From contig CAMZGF010000001.1 of NCBI GenBank assembly GCA_947306315.1, forward strand, positions 1 through 48,105: 48,105 bases of DNA. The letters run 5' to 3'. The position numbers and the translations under genes were made by a program. Positions 1 through 7,966 of the stretch are shown piece by piece (the first letter of the stretch is position 1; every line of letters starts with the position of its first letter). The stretch is from an uncultured Candidatus Saccharibacteria bacterium (GTDB taxonomy: Bacteria > Patescibacteriota > Saccharimonadia > Saccharimonadales > Saccharimonadaceae). Under the pieces are notes generated by a model that was given only the letters and a program-made list of their open reading frames with translations, was not told the origin of the DNA and made no database searches.

Positions 1-840
1 ATAACATTCAAGTGAATCCAAAAATGCAAATGGGCTATTATTATAAATAAAATTGGTGACATAGAAATTTAAGATCTTGGAAATGAAGTGCGTTTTACGG
101 TTGGTGGTGGCGTTGAATGGGACGACTTTATTAGAGAAACGACAAAAATTGGATGTACTGGCGTCGAATGTCTTGCAGGAATTCCCGGCACTGTTGGCGC
201 AGCACCTGTGCAGAACATTGGTGCGTACGGACAAGAAGCAAAAGATTCTATTACGAAAATCTTTGCAATCGATTTTGAAACAGGTGCAAAAATTGAACTA
301 AAAAAAGACGAATGTGATTTCTCTTACCGCCACTCGATTTTCAACTCTTCAGCACGCGAAAGATACTTTATTTACAAAGTCGAGTTTGTTCTTAGAAAAG
401 GACAGATTGAATCTGAATTATACGGTTCGCTTGAATCATATTTAAATAGTAAACAGATCGAATCAAGAGACCCTGAAACTCTTGCAAATGCTGTAAGAGC
501 AGTCCGCGATTCTAAACTCCCAGATCCAAAAGATTTTGCAAGTTCAGGTAGTTTCTTTAAGAATATTTATGTTGATGAATCAGAAGTAAAAAGTCTCGAT
601 GAACGTGGAATCCCTCATCATGGTACAAAAGTTAATACTGGTTGGCTTATCGAAAATGTAGGGTTAAAAGGTAAAGATTTTTATGGCTTTAAGATCTCCG
701 AAAAAGCGTCATTAGTTCTTATTAATGAATCCGGAAAAAGTTATGCAGATTTAGAAAAAGCTATATCTGAGATTTCGAAGATCGTTGAAGAAAAATTTGG
801 GTTTAAACTCGAACAAGAACCAAATGTGATTGAGGGGTAA
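1..840 (+). CDS. murB: UDP-N-acetylenolpyruvoylglucosamine reductase, 5'-truncated; in-frame stops at 13-15 and 70-72 near the window edge
   Basis: MurB motifs LAGIPGTVGAAPVQNIGAYG, FSYRHSIF, SSGSFFKN and LEQEPN. Coding-like sequence continues upstream of the 88 GTG (WAIIINKIGDIEI*DLGNEV). Confidence 0.9.
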
Positions 841-841
841 A

Positions 842-1669
842 ATGGTAAAAATACTAGATGGAAAAGAATTAGCTGGTTTTATTAAGGAGCGTCAAGCACA
901 TCTCGTTAAGATTTTGCGCAGTCAGAAGAAACATCCAAGACTTGTGATTGTGCGTGATTCGGAAAATCCAGTTATTACAAAATACGTAAATTTGAAGTGC
1001 GCATACGGAAACGATATTGGCATTGAAGTCGTCGATGAATACGTAAAAAACCCAAGTCTTGAGGTTTTAAGAGAAACCGTAAAACGTGCAAGTGAGGATG
1101 AGACGGTCTCTGGAATAATTGTCCAGCTCCCGCTTACAAACACAGACTGGACTGAAGCTGTGGTGAATGAAATTACTCCAGAAAAAGATGTTGATGGACT
1201 TGCAGACTATGACGGAAAAGAAGATAAACGCGTCTTTGATTCTGCAACTGCGACTGCAATCAACTGGCTCTTGGTTGGGCATAACATTGAACTTTCGGGG
1301 AAGAAAATTGCTATTGTTGGTCGTGGAAAATTGGTTGGCGCACCGCTAACTCGCATGTGGATAAACTCCGGATTTGACGTCGAGGTATTCCATCGAGGTT
1401 CAGATTTCTCGAAATTGAAGGACTTTGATGTAATCGTTACTGCAACTGGCGACCCGCATCTCATTACTAATGAAATGATAAAAGAAGGTTCAATTATTGT
1501 TGATGCTGGAACCGCAAGCGAGGGCGGACATCTTGTTGGTGACATTTCGGAAGAGATTAGAGAAAGGAGTGATCTTTTTGCAATAACCCCAAAAATCGGT
1601 GGTGTTGGTCCATTAACAGTGTCAGTATTATTTGAAGATGTATTAAAAGCGGCAGCAATGGAGAAATAA
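842..1669 (+). CDS. folD: Bifunctional methylenetetrahydrofolate dehydrogenase/cyclohydrolase
   Basis: KILDGK N-terminus, GIIVQLPL, PEKDVDG, VGRGKLVGAP and TPKIGGVGPLTV. Start set to the ATG at 842, just after the murB stop. Confidence 0.95.
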   Translation: MVKILDGKELAGFIKERQAHLVKILRSQKKHPRLVIVRDSENPVITKYVNLKCAYGNDIGIEVVDEYVKNPSLEVLRETVKRASEDETVSGIIVQLPLTNTDWTEAVVNEITPEKDVDGLADYDGKEDKRVFDSATATAINWLLVGHNIELSGKKIAIVGRGKLVGAPLTRMWINSGFDVEVFHRGSDFSKLKDFDVIVTATGDPHLITNEMIKEGSIIVDAGTASEGGHLVGDISEEIRERSDLFAITPKIGGVGPLTVSVLFEDVLKAAAMEK

Positions 1670-1671
1670 AA

Positions 1672-2286
1672 ATGAATGATAAACTTGAAAAATTAAAAGC
1701 AAAGAAAATTGTCCTTTATTCAATGGTCGCTTTTTGGGTAAATTTCTTTATTATTTTATTCACCCATGTGGTTACCGGAACAACTGGTTTGAGGCTGGAT
1801 TATAGTATTTCGAAGTATGTTGGACTTTCATTCCCATCAGCAATCATGTTCTTAGTTATTAACTCAGCTGTTGCTTTTGGAATGTGGCACTATTTAAAGC
1901 CGAAACTCTCAAATACTATACAACGTATCTTAATGATTACTATCGTCATCACATTAATTGGACTCAGCCTTTGTCCAATTAGCTTATTCGATACGATCAT
2001 TCCGTCGCCAATTATCCTTGGCCGCACACCAATCTCATTTCTTCATGTTTTAACTTCACGTCTTATGTTTGTAATAATGGCAGCATTTTCACTTCTAACA
2101 TTTTATCTTGGTAAGAGCCGAACTTTGCATGATAAGAATACGCAAAAAACTTGTCTAGCTTTCTTTATCTACGCAGCAATCTGTATTGTTCTTTATATAT
2201 TTTTTCCAAGCATCTTCTGGTCAGTCGACGTGATTATTGAGTCGCTCTATATTGCGTTTTTCTTTATTGTTGTATTATCATTCTAA
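1672..2286 (+). CDS. Multi-pass integral membrane protein, function unknown
   Basis: About six hydrophobic helices; GGAG SD upstream; 2 bp after folD. Confidence 0.75.
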   Translation: MNDKLEKLKAKKIVLYSMVAFWVNFFIILFTHVVTGTTGLRLDYSISKYVGLSFPSAIMFLVINSAVAFGMWHYLKPKLSNTIQRILMITIVITLIGLSLCPISLFDTIIPSPIILGRTPISFLHVLTSRLMFVIMAAFSLLTFYLGKSRTLHDKNTQKTCLAFFIYAAICIVLYIFFPSIFWSVDVIIESLYIAFFFIVVLSF

Positions 2287-2303
2287 AATTTGTCATAAAA
2301 AAA

Positions 2304-2380
2304 TGGTACCCGCGGAGGGGCTCGAACCCCCGACCCTCTGTTCCGAAGACAGATGCTCTAATCCACTGAGCTACGCGGGC
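2304..2380 (-). tRNA. tRNA-Arg, anticodon UCG
   Basis: Reverse complement folds as a cloverleaf: GCCCGCG acceptor, TAGCTCAGTGGATTAGAGC D-arm, TCTGT-CTTCGGA-ACAGA anticodon arm, GTTCGAG T-loop and encoded CCA. Confidence 0.95.
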
Positions 2381-2441
2381 AAATGATAATGCTATTCTAC
2401 CACATTTTTCTACCTCTGTAAAATATGATATAATTACTCAA

Positions 2442-2942
2442 ATGAATATTGTCATTCCGATTATTCTAATCCTCGTTGTTTTGTTTGGATTTACGGCTTT
2501 TACGGGTGCTCCATATGTTCCAAGTCTAAAATCGGAAATCAAAAAAGCCTTCACAAAACTCTACAGAATATCTAGTAAAGATTTTTTGATTGACTTAGGT
2601 GCAGGCGACGGTATTGTCCAAAAAATTGCAAGCGAATACGGCGCGAAGTCTGTAGGTATAGAGCTAAACCCAATAATTGCTACGATCGCAAAAATCAGAT
2701 TGAGAAAAATTAAAAATGCAAAAATCGTCACAAAAAATTTTTATAATTATAAATTTCCAAGAGAAACAACAGTTGTTTATGTGTTTGGCGATTCCAGAGA
2801 TCTAAGTAAAATTTTTAAAAAGATTGAAAAAGAAGCAAAACGACTTAGTAAAACTTTGAAAGTAATCTCTTATGGATTTGAGACGAAAGACTATGAATTG
2901 TTGAAAAAAGTTGGTGCGTATTTTCTCTATGAAGTTCGCTAA
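2442..2942 (+). CDS. Class I SAM-dependent methyltransferase with N-terminal membrane anchor
   Basis: GAPYVPS, IDLGAGDG (motif I), GIELNP and VISYGF. Confidence 0.85.
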   Translation: MNIVIPIILILVVLFGFTAFTGAPYVPSLKSEIKKAFTKLYRISSKDFLIDLGAGDGIVQKIASEYGAKSVGIELNPIIATIAKIRLRKIKNAKIVTKNFYNYKFPRETTVVYVFGDSRDLSKIFKKIEKEAKRLSKTLKVISYGFETKDYELLKKVGAYFLYEVR

Positions 2943-2955
2943 AACACCGAATAAG

Positions 2956-2964
2956 TGATATAAT
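2956..2964 (+). promoter_or_regulatory. Extended -10 promoter, 6 nt before the ftsK ATG (probably leaderless)
   Basis: TGATATAAT-aagctt-ATG with no SD. Confidence 0.7.
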
Positions 2965-2970
2965 AAGCTT

Positions 2971-5187
2971 ATGGCAAAACGAAAGAAACGAAAATCTACA
3001 AGAGAAGCAGCTCCTGAACATAAGCTGCCGGGTGGTTTCTGGCGTCAAGTTGGCGCTGTTGTTCTTCTAGCACTTGCAGTTGTCCTTGTTATGACATGGT
3101 TCGGCTCTGGTGGCACTGTCTTAAATGCGATTCATACTGGTGCACTTTATGCAATTGGTTACGCAGCATATTTTATCCCTGTGCTTCTTGCTTACCTTGC
3201 AGTGATGATTTTTCGCGCAGAAGGGAATCGTCTTCCGTTTGTTACATGGCTTGCAAGCTTTTTGATGGTTGCATGGCTTTCTGGAATTTTCGGCATCCCA
3301 ACATTTGGTCAAGAAAATCCAACCGGCGGTATTGTTGGTGAAGGCCTAAATAGTCTTATGACTCAGATTCTCGATAAAAGCGTAGTCGTGTTTATCTATG
3401 CTCTATTGATTTTCTTAACTGGGATATTTATTCTTGCGGTTTCGCCAGCTTCAGTCTTTCGTTTTATTGGTGGCCTCTTTAGGAGTACACGCCGTGCAGA
3501 AGATCAGGAAAATGCAAAAATTGCTCGTCGTGCAAACCTTGACGCTGACGCAGCTAAAATTCCGGTTAGAGGTGGTATTTCAGCGGCGGTTGCCGAGGCC
3601 GATAAAGAAAATCGTAAATTAAACATTAGTCATGCAAAACCTGAAAGCAAACCTGAAGTAAAAGAACCAGAACGCGCACTTGTTGCTGTGTCTGACCCAA
3701 ATTGGAAGATGCCTTCAACTGAACTTCTTTCTAAGAAAACCAATCCACCTGATGGAGGTAATATTCAGCAGAATGCTGCAATTATTCGACAAACCTATGA
3801 ACAGTTCGGCATTAACGTTGAAATTGATGGCGCAAATGTTGGTCCTCGTGTTACGCAATACACCTTGAGACCACCTGCAGGTATTAATCTCGGGAAAATC
3901 ACTGCGCGTGACAAAGAACTCGCAATGAATCTTGCGGTTGATAAAATCCGTATTGAAGCTCCAATTCCTGGTACAAACCTTGTTGGTGTTGAGCTTCCGA
4001 ACGCTCGTTCTGAGGGTGTAACTCTTCGCGGTCTTCTTGAGAGTCCAGCTTGGAAGAAAGCCGACAAACCACTAACCTTCATTGTTGGTAAAGATATTTC
4101 TGGCGCACCAGTCGTCGCAAACCTCGCAAAAATGCCACATCTTCTTATTGCGGGTACAACTGGTTCTGGTAAGTCTGTGATGACGAATATTCTTATCTCG
4201 TCACTCCTTTATCGTAATGCTCCAAGTGACCTTAAACTTATCATTGTCGACCCAAAGCAGGTTGAAATGGTTCAATATGACGGTATTCCACATCTTCTAA
4301 CTCCAATTATTAACTCTACTGATAAAGCACTCTCAGCAATGAAGTGGGCAGTAAATGAGATGGAGCGTCGCTATTCGCAAATGGCTGAAGAACATGTAAA
4401 AAATATCGAAGATTATAACGCTAAAATTATGAGCAAAGCTGCTACTGTGAAAGACGAGGACGGTAACGAACAGCAACATGAAGGCGCAAAAATGCCATAC
4501 ATTGTCGTTATCATTGATGAGATGGCAGACCTCATGATGCAAGCAGGAAAAGATCTCGAACAGCCGATCGTTCGTATAGCACAGAAGGGCCGTGCTGCTG
4601 GTATGCATCTCGTTCTTGCTACACAGCGTCCAGTTGTAAAAGTTATTACCGGCCTTATTAAATCAAACGTTCCTGGCCGTATTGCCTTTGCTGTAAATAA
4701 CAACCAGGATTCGCGTATCATGCTTGATATGGGCGGCGCAGAAAAACTTCTTGGTGCTGGTGATATGTTGATGCTCACAACCGAAATGATGGGTAAGCCT
4801 CGCCGTATTCAGGGTGCGTTTGCATCAGATTCTGAAATTGAGAAATTAACGAATTTCCTTCGTGAACAACGTGCTCCAGAATATAATGATGAAGTTATTG
4901 CTCAGGCGGTTTCAGTTGGCCCTGCTGGTGGTGGTGCAATTGGCGACCTTGGTCGTAAATATGATCCAAACGATCCAATTGTCAGAAAAGCAGTTGAGCT
5001 TTCGATTCAAAAAGGAAAATTCTCTACCGCAATGCTTCAAACATATCTTGGAAAAGGTCATGGCTTCGTTTCGGGTCTCGCCATCTGGTTTGAAGAGATC
5101 GGAATTATTGGGCCAGCAAACGGCAATAAGCCACGTGACGTCCTAATTACATCACTTGATGAATTTGACGAAATCGTAAATCAATAG
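2971..5187 (+). CDS. ftsK: DNA translocase FtsK/SpoIIIE
   Basis: N-terminal TM domain, IRIEAPIPG, MPHLLIAGTTGSGKS (Walker A), IIDEMADLM, LATQRP and a C-terminal gamma domain. Confidence 0.97.
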   Translation: MAKRKKRKSTREAAPEHKLPGGFWRQVGAVVLLALAVVLVMTWFGSGGTVLNAIHTGALYAIGYAAYFIPVLLAYLAVMIFRAEGNRLPFVTWLASFLMVAWLSGIFGIPTFGQENPTGGIVGEGLNSLMTQILDKSVVVFIYALLIFLTGIFILAVSPASVFRFIGGLFRSTRRAEDQENAKIARRANLDADAAKIPVRGGISAAVAEADKENRKLNISHAKPESKPEVKEPERALVAVSDPNWKMPSTELLSKKTNPPDGGNIQQNAAIIRQTYEQFGINVEIDGANVGPRVTQYTLRPPAGINLGKITARDKELAMNLAVDKIRIEAPIPGTNLVGVELPNARSEGVTLRGLLESPAWKKADKPLTFIVGKDISGAPVVANLAKMPHLLIAGTTGSGKSVMTNILISSLLYRNAPSDLKLIIVDPKQVEMVQYDGIPHLLTPIINSTDKALSAMKWAVNEMERRYSQMAEEHVKNIEDYNAKIMSKAATVKDEDGNEQQHEGAKMPYIVVIIDEMADLMMQAGKDLEQPIVRIAQKGRAAGMHLVLATQRPVVKVITGLIKSNVPGRIAFAVNNNQDSRIMLDMGGAEKLLGAGDMLMLTTEMMGKPRRIQGAFASDSEIEKLTNFLREQRAPEYNDEVIAQAVSVGPAGGGAIGDLGRKYDPNDPIVRKAVELSIQKGKFSTAMLQTYLGKGHGFVSGLAIWFEEIGIIGPANGNKPRDVLITSLDEFDEIVNQ

Positions 5188-5192
5188 AAAAC

Positions 5193-5217
5193 AAACCTCC
5201 GAAAAACGGAGGTTTTT
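5193..5217 (+). terminator. Intrinsic terminator after ftsK
   Basis: AAACCTCCG-aaaaa-CGGAGGTTT followed by a T run. Confidence 0.85.
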
Positions 5218-5220
5218 CTA

Positions 5221-5249
5221 TGGACTTTTCCACAATTTTGTGCTAAAAT
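5221..5249 (+). promoter_or_regulatory. Sigma70-type promoter of the rpsF operon
   Basis: TGGACT-17 bp-TAAAAT with an extended TG. Confidence 0.65.
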
Positions 5250-5264
5250 AACAGGTAATATTAG

Positions 5265-5310
5265 CTCAGCAAACAACCATTTATGAGTGTGTTTGCTTTA
5301 ACCAAAGGAG
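5265..5310 (+). promoter_or_regulatory. Putative S6:S18 ribosomal leader
   Basis: Hairpin AGCAAACA (5268-5275)/TGTTTGCT (5290-5297), then CCA (5302-5304) immediately before the AAAGGAG SD. This is the layout of the S6:S18 autoregulatory element. Confidence 0.55.
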
Positions 5311-5316
5311 TACAAA

Positions 5317-5673
5317 GTGAAACAGTATGAACTTACTGTCATGTTCCATCCTGATTTAGAGATGAACTTGACTCCAGCTGTTGATAAGGTGAAAAAAATC
5401 ATCGAATCTGCAGATGGCAAAATCGTCAAAGAGACGAATGAAGGCAAGAAACGTATGATGTACTCGATCAAGGGTAATGACTATGCTGTCTATTACTACT
5501 ATGAACTCGAGCTTCCATCAACTGCACCTGCAAAGATTTCGTCAGCTTTGAACATCACTGATGAAACACTTCGTTATCTTCTCTGTGCTGCTGATCCACG
5601 CAAAGCAAAATATGAAGCTTTGAAAAAATCAGCTGAACCTGAAGAAGAAAACGCAGAAAAATCAGAAGAATAA
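5317..5673 (+). CDS. rpsF: 30S ribosomal protein S6
   Basis: YELTVMFHPDL and EGKKRMMYSIK; GTG start with SD; rpsF-ssb-rpsR order. Confidence 0.95.
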   Translation: MKQYELTVMFHPDLEMNLTPAVDKVKKIIESADGKIVKETNEGKKRMMYSIKGNDYAVYYYYELELPSTAPAKISSALNITDETLRYLLCAADPRKAKYEALKKSAEPEEENAEKSEE

Positions 5674-5692
5674 TTAAGAGAGGAGTTTATTT

Positions 5693-6136
5693 ATGGCGCG
5701 GGGTTTTAGTAAAGCAATCATCATCGGTAATATCACAAGAGATCCAGAGCTCAGAGCAATCTCTTCTGGCTCACAAGTTTGTTCTTTTAGTGTTGCAGTA
5801 AACCGCAACTACAAAGGCGCCGATGGTTCCGATAAAGAATCAGTTTCATTCATTAACTGTACGGCTTGGGGTAAAGCTGCTGAAATTATCTCAGAATACG
5901 GCAAGAAAGGAACCGGAATTATGGTTTCTGGCCGCCTCGAACAACGTTCATATGAAGCTAAAGATGGTTCAAAGCGCTCAACAACTGAAATTGTTGTAGA
6001 AGACTTTAACTTCCTCGGTGGACGTGATGGTGGTTCAAGCTACTCAAGTGACGGTGCTCAGGATGAAGCTCCAGAAGATATCGCACCAGATGATATTCCT
6101 GATGAACCAATTGATCTTAGTGATGTACCATTCTAA
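5693..6136 (+). CDS. ssb: Single-stranded DNA-binding protein
   Basis: IIGNITRDPELR and VSGRLEQRSY; acidic tail ending DLSDVPF. Confidence 0.97.
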   Translation: MARGFSKAIIIGNITRDPELRAISSGSQVCSFSVAVNRNYKGADGSDKESVSFINCTAWGKAAEIISEYGKKGTGIMVSGRLEQRSYEAKDGSKRSTTEIVVEDFNFLGGRDGGSSYSSDGAQDEAPEDIAPDDIPDEPIDLSDVPF

Positions 6137-6158
6137 GAAAAATAATTAAAGGAGAAAA

Positions 6159-6353
6159 ATGAGAAGGGTTAAAAACGATCCAAATCTTTACTTCGATTAT
6201 CGCGATGTAAAGACTTTGCAACGCTACATTGACGCTTATGGCCGCATTGAGCCAATCTCAAAGACTGGTCTTTCTGCAAAGCAACAACGTCAACTCGCAG
6301 TTGCTATCAAACGTGCACGTCATCTTGCACTTTTGCCATTCGTGGCTGAATAA
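6159..6353 (+). CDS. rpsR: 30S ribosomal protein S18 (no Zn-ribbon cysteines)
   Basis: [12 protein letters not shown]...[26 protein letters not shown]. Confidence 0.97.
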   Translation: MRRVKNDPNLYFDYRDVKTLQRYIDAYGRIEPISKTGLSAKQQRQLAVAIKRARHLALLPFVAE

Positions 6354-6389
6354 TTTAATGCTTAATTTATTTAAGCGGAGAGGAAAAAT

Positions 6390-6950
6390 ATGTACGGACC
6401 AACAGATTTGAAGAAAAATGTGCTGATCACACTTGACGGGCAACCGTACAAGGTGGTTGAGTACTCCCAAAAAGTTATGGGCCGTGGTGGTTCAATCGTA
6501 AACGTAAAGGTTAAAAACCTTATTACTGGCGCTCTTCTTCCAAAGACTTTTAAGGGTCAGGAAAAAATTGAGCCAGCAGAAGTTACAAACAAACACGTCC
6601 AATATCTTTATAAGGATGATGAAAAATTCTATTTCATGGATCCAGAATCATTCGAACAATATGAGCTATCAGCTGATATGGTTGGTGATATGAAGGATTT
6701 CATGAAAGACGGCGACGAGATGGATATTCAGTTCTATAACGGAACTGCAATCAACCTCGTTCTTCCTAAAAACCTTTGGCTTGAAGTCACTTACACTGAA
6801 ACTGCAGTAAAGGGTGATACTTCAACTTCAATTGTTAAGGATGCAACTCTTGAAACTGGAGTCGTGATCAAGGTTCCAGCATTCATCAAAGTTGGCGACA
6901 TCGTTTCCGTTGATACTGATACTTACGCTTATCGTGAGAGGAGAAAATAA
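6390..6950 (+). CDS. efp: Translation elongation factor P
   Basis: VQYLYKD, YFMDPESFEQ, VKGDT, ATLETG and VPAFIKVGD. Confidence 0.96.
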   Translation: MYGPTDLKKNVLITLDGQPYKVVEYSQKVMGRGGSIVNVKVKNLITGALLPKTFKGQEKIEPAEVTNKHVQYLYKDDEKFYFMDPESFEQYELSADMVGDMKDFMKDGDEMDIQFYNGTAINLVLPKNLWLEVTYTETAVKGDTSTSIVKDATLETGVVIKVPAFIKVGDIVSVDTDTYAYRERRK

Positions 6951-7576
6951 TTAGCGCTCCAGTATCAAGAGCAGAAGGTAAACTCGCGGGCGCAGCTCGC
7001 GAGTTTGCTTACGATTTTCGAGGAAAAGTTGTGCTCGATATTGGTTCCTCAACTGGCGGATTCACGGAATATGCGCTAAACGCTGGCGCAAGCCATGTCA
7101 TCGCAATTGAAAAGGGGACAAAACAAATGAAGGCCCCACTTCGTTTTGATCCAAGAATTGATCTACGTGAAAAAACAGACATTTTTAATATTACTCGTGA
7201 AGATTTAGAAACTTGCGACTATTTTGAAACACTTGATTCAAACAAGTCTCAAATTTCTAAAAAACATATTGATGTTATACTGGCGGACGTTTCTTTTGTA
7301 AGTCTTAAAAAAGTGCTTTTGTATGCAAAGTATCATATTGCAAGCATCGACACCGACTTTCTTGTCATGCTAAAACCGCAATTTGAAGCGAAACCATTCG
7401 AACTTAAACGCGGCGTCGTGAAGAACGAAAAAATTAGACGAGACATTATTAAAGAATTTGAGAAATGGCTAAAAACTCATGGATTTATTATTATCAAGAA
7501 ACGAGATAATGACTTTTCTGGAAGAAACGGCAATCTTGAACGTTTTTATTATTTGAAGCTTGCAAAAAAATACTAA
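6950..7576 (+). CDS. tlyA: TlyA/FtsJ-like rRNA methyltransferase lacking the S4 domain; probable ATT start at 6950
   Basis: VSRAEGKL...FRGKVVLDIGSSTGGFT, DVSFVSL, LKPQFEA and GRNGNLE. Conserved residues lie upstream of the first canonical start (GTG 7031). Confidence 0.85.
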   Translation: MSAPVSRAEGKLAGAAREFAYDFRGKVVLDIGSSTGGFTEYALNAGASHVIAIEKGTKQMKAPLRFDPRIDLREKTDIFNITREDLETCDYFETLDSNKSQISKKHIDVILADVSFVSLKKVLLYAKYHIASIDTDFLVMLKPQFEAKPFELKRGVVKNEKIRRDIIKEFEKWLKTHGFIIIKKRDNDFSGRNGNLERFYYLKLAKKY

Positions 7577-7816
7577 TTCATTCAATCTGTTCGTGTACGT
7601 ACTAAAAGATAAGAAAATGTGCAAATCAACATTTTGAAACAGTGCTAGATTAGCTGATCTATTTTTTATGGATGATTCTTCAAGAATATATCTGTTAAAT
7701 AAATGAAACTGCGCTTATGCTTGCAAGTAAAAAAATTTTTGATTAAATGCGGATTGTAAAACCAGTAGTCGAGGTTTAAGCCGTCTGTGGCTTGGCGGTA
7801 AAAAAGAAAGGAATAT

Positions 7817-7900
7817 ATGTCAAAACTTAATACAGAAAATCATATAAAAGGACTAGATAAACTCCAAATAAAGTATATAAAAGTAAAAGTGAATAAGTAA
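7817..7900 (+). CDS. Putative 27-aa small ORF (MSKLNTENHIKGLDKLQIKYIKVKVNK)
   Basis: Strong GAAAGGA SD 4 nt before the ATG; below the ORF-track cutoff; could be a gene remnant. Confidence 0.35.
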   Translation: MSKLNTENHIKGLDKLQIKYIKVKVNK

Positions 7901-7920
7901 CTATAAAAGTAGAAGTGAAT
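7876..7920. repeat. 19-bp imperfect direct repeat (18/19 identical, period 26)
   Basis: TATAAAAGTAAAAGTGAAT at 7876-7894 and TATAAAAGTAGAAGTGAAT at 7902-7920. Confidence 0.8.
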
Positions 7921-7937
7921 TTAAAAAATATTCATCC

Positions 7938-7955
7938 TGTGATATAATTATCACA
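7938..7955. promoter_or_regulatory. 7-4-7 palindrome overlapping the extended -10 of murA; candidate operator
   Basis: TGTGATA-taat-TATCACA contains TGATATAAT (7940-7948). Confidence 0.6.
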
Positions 7956-7966
7956 AGAGGATATTT

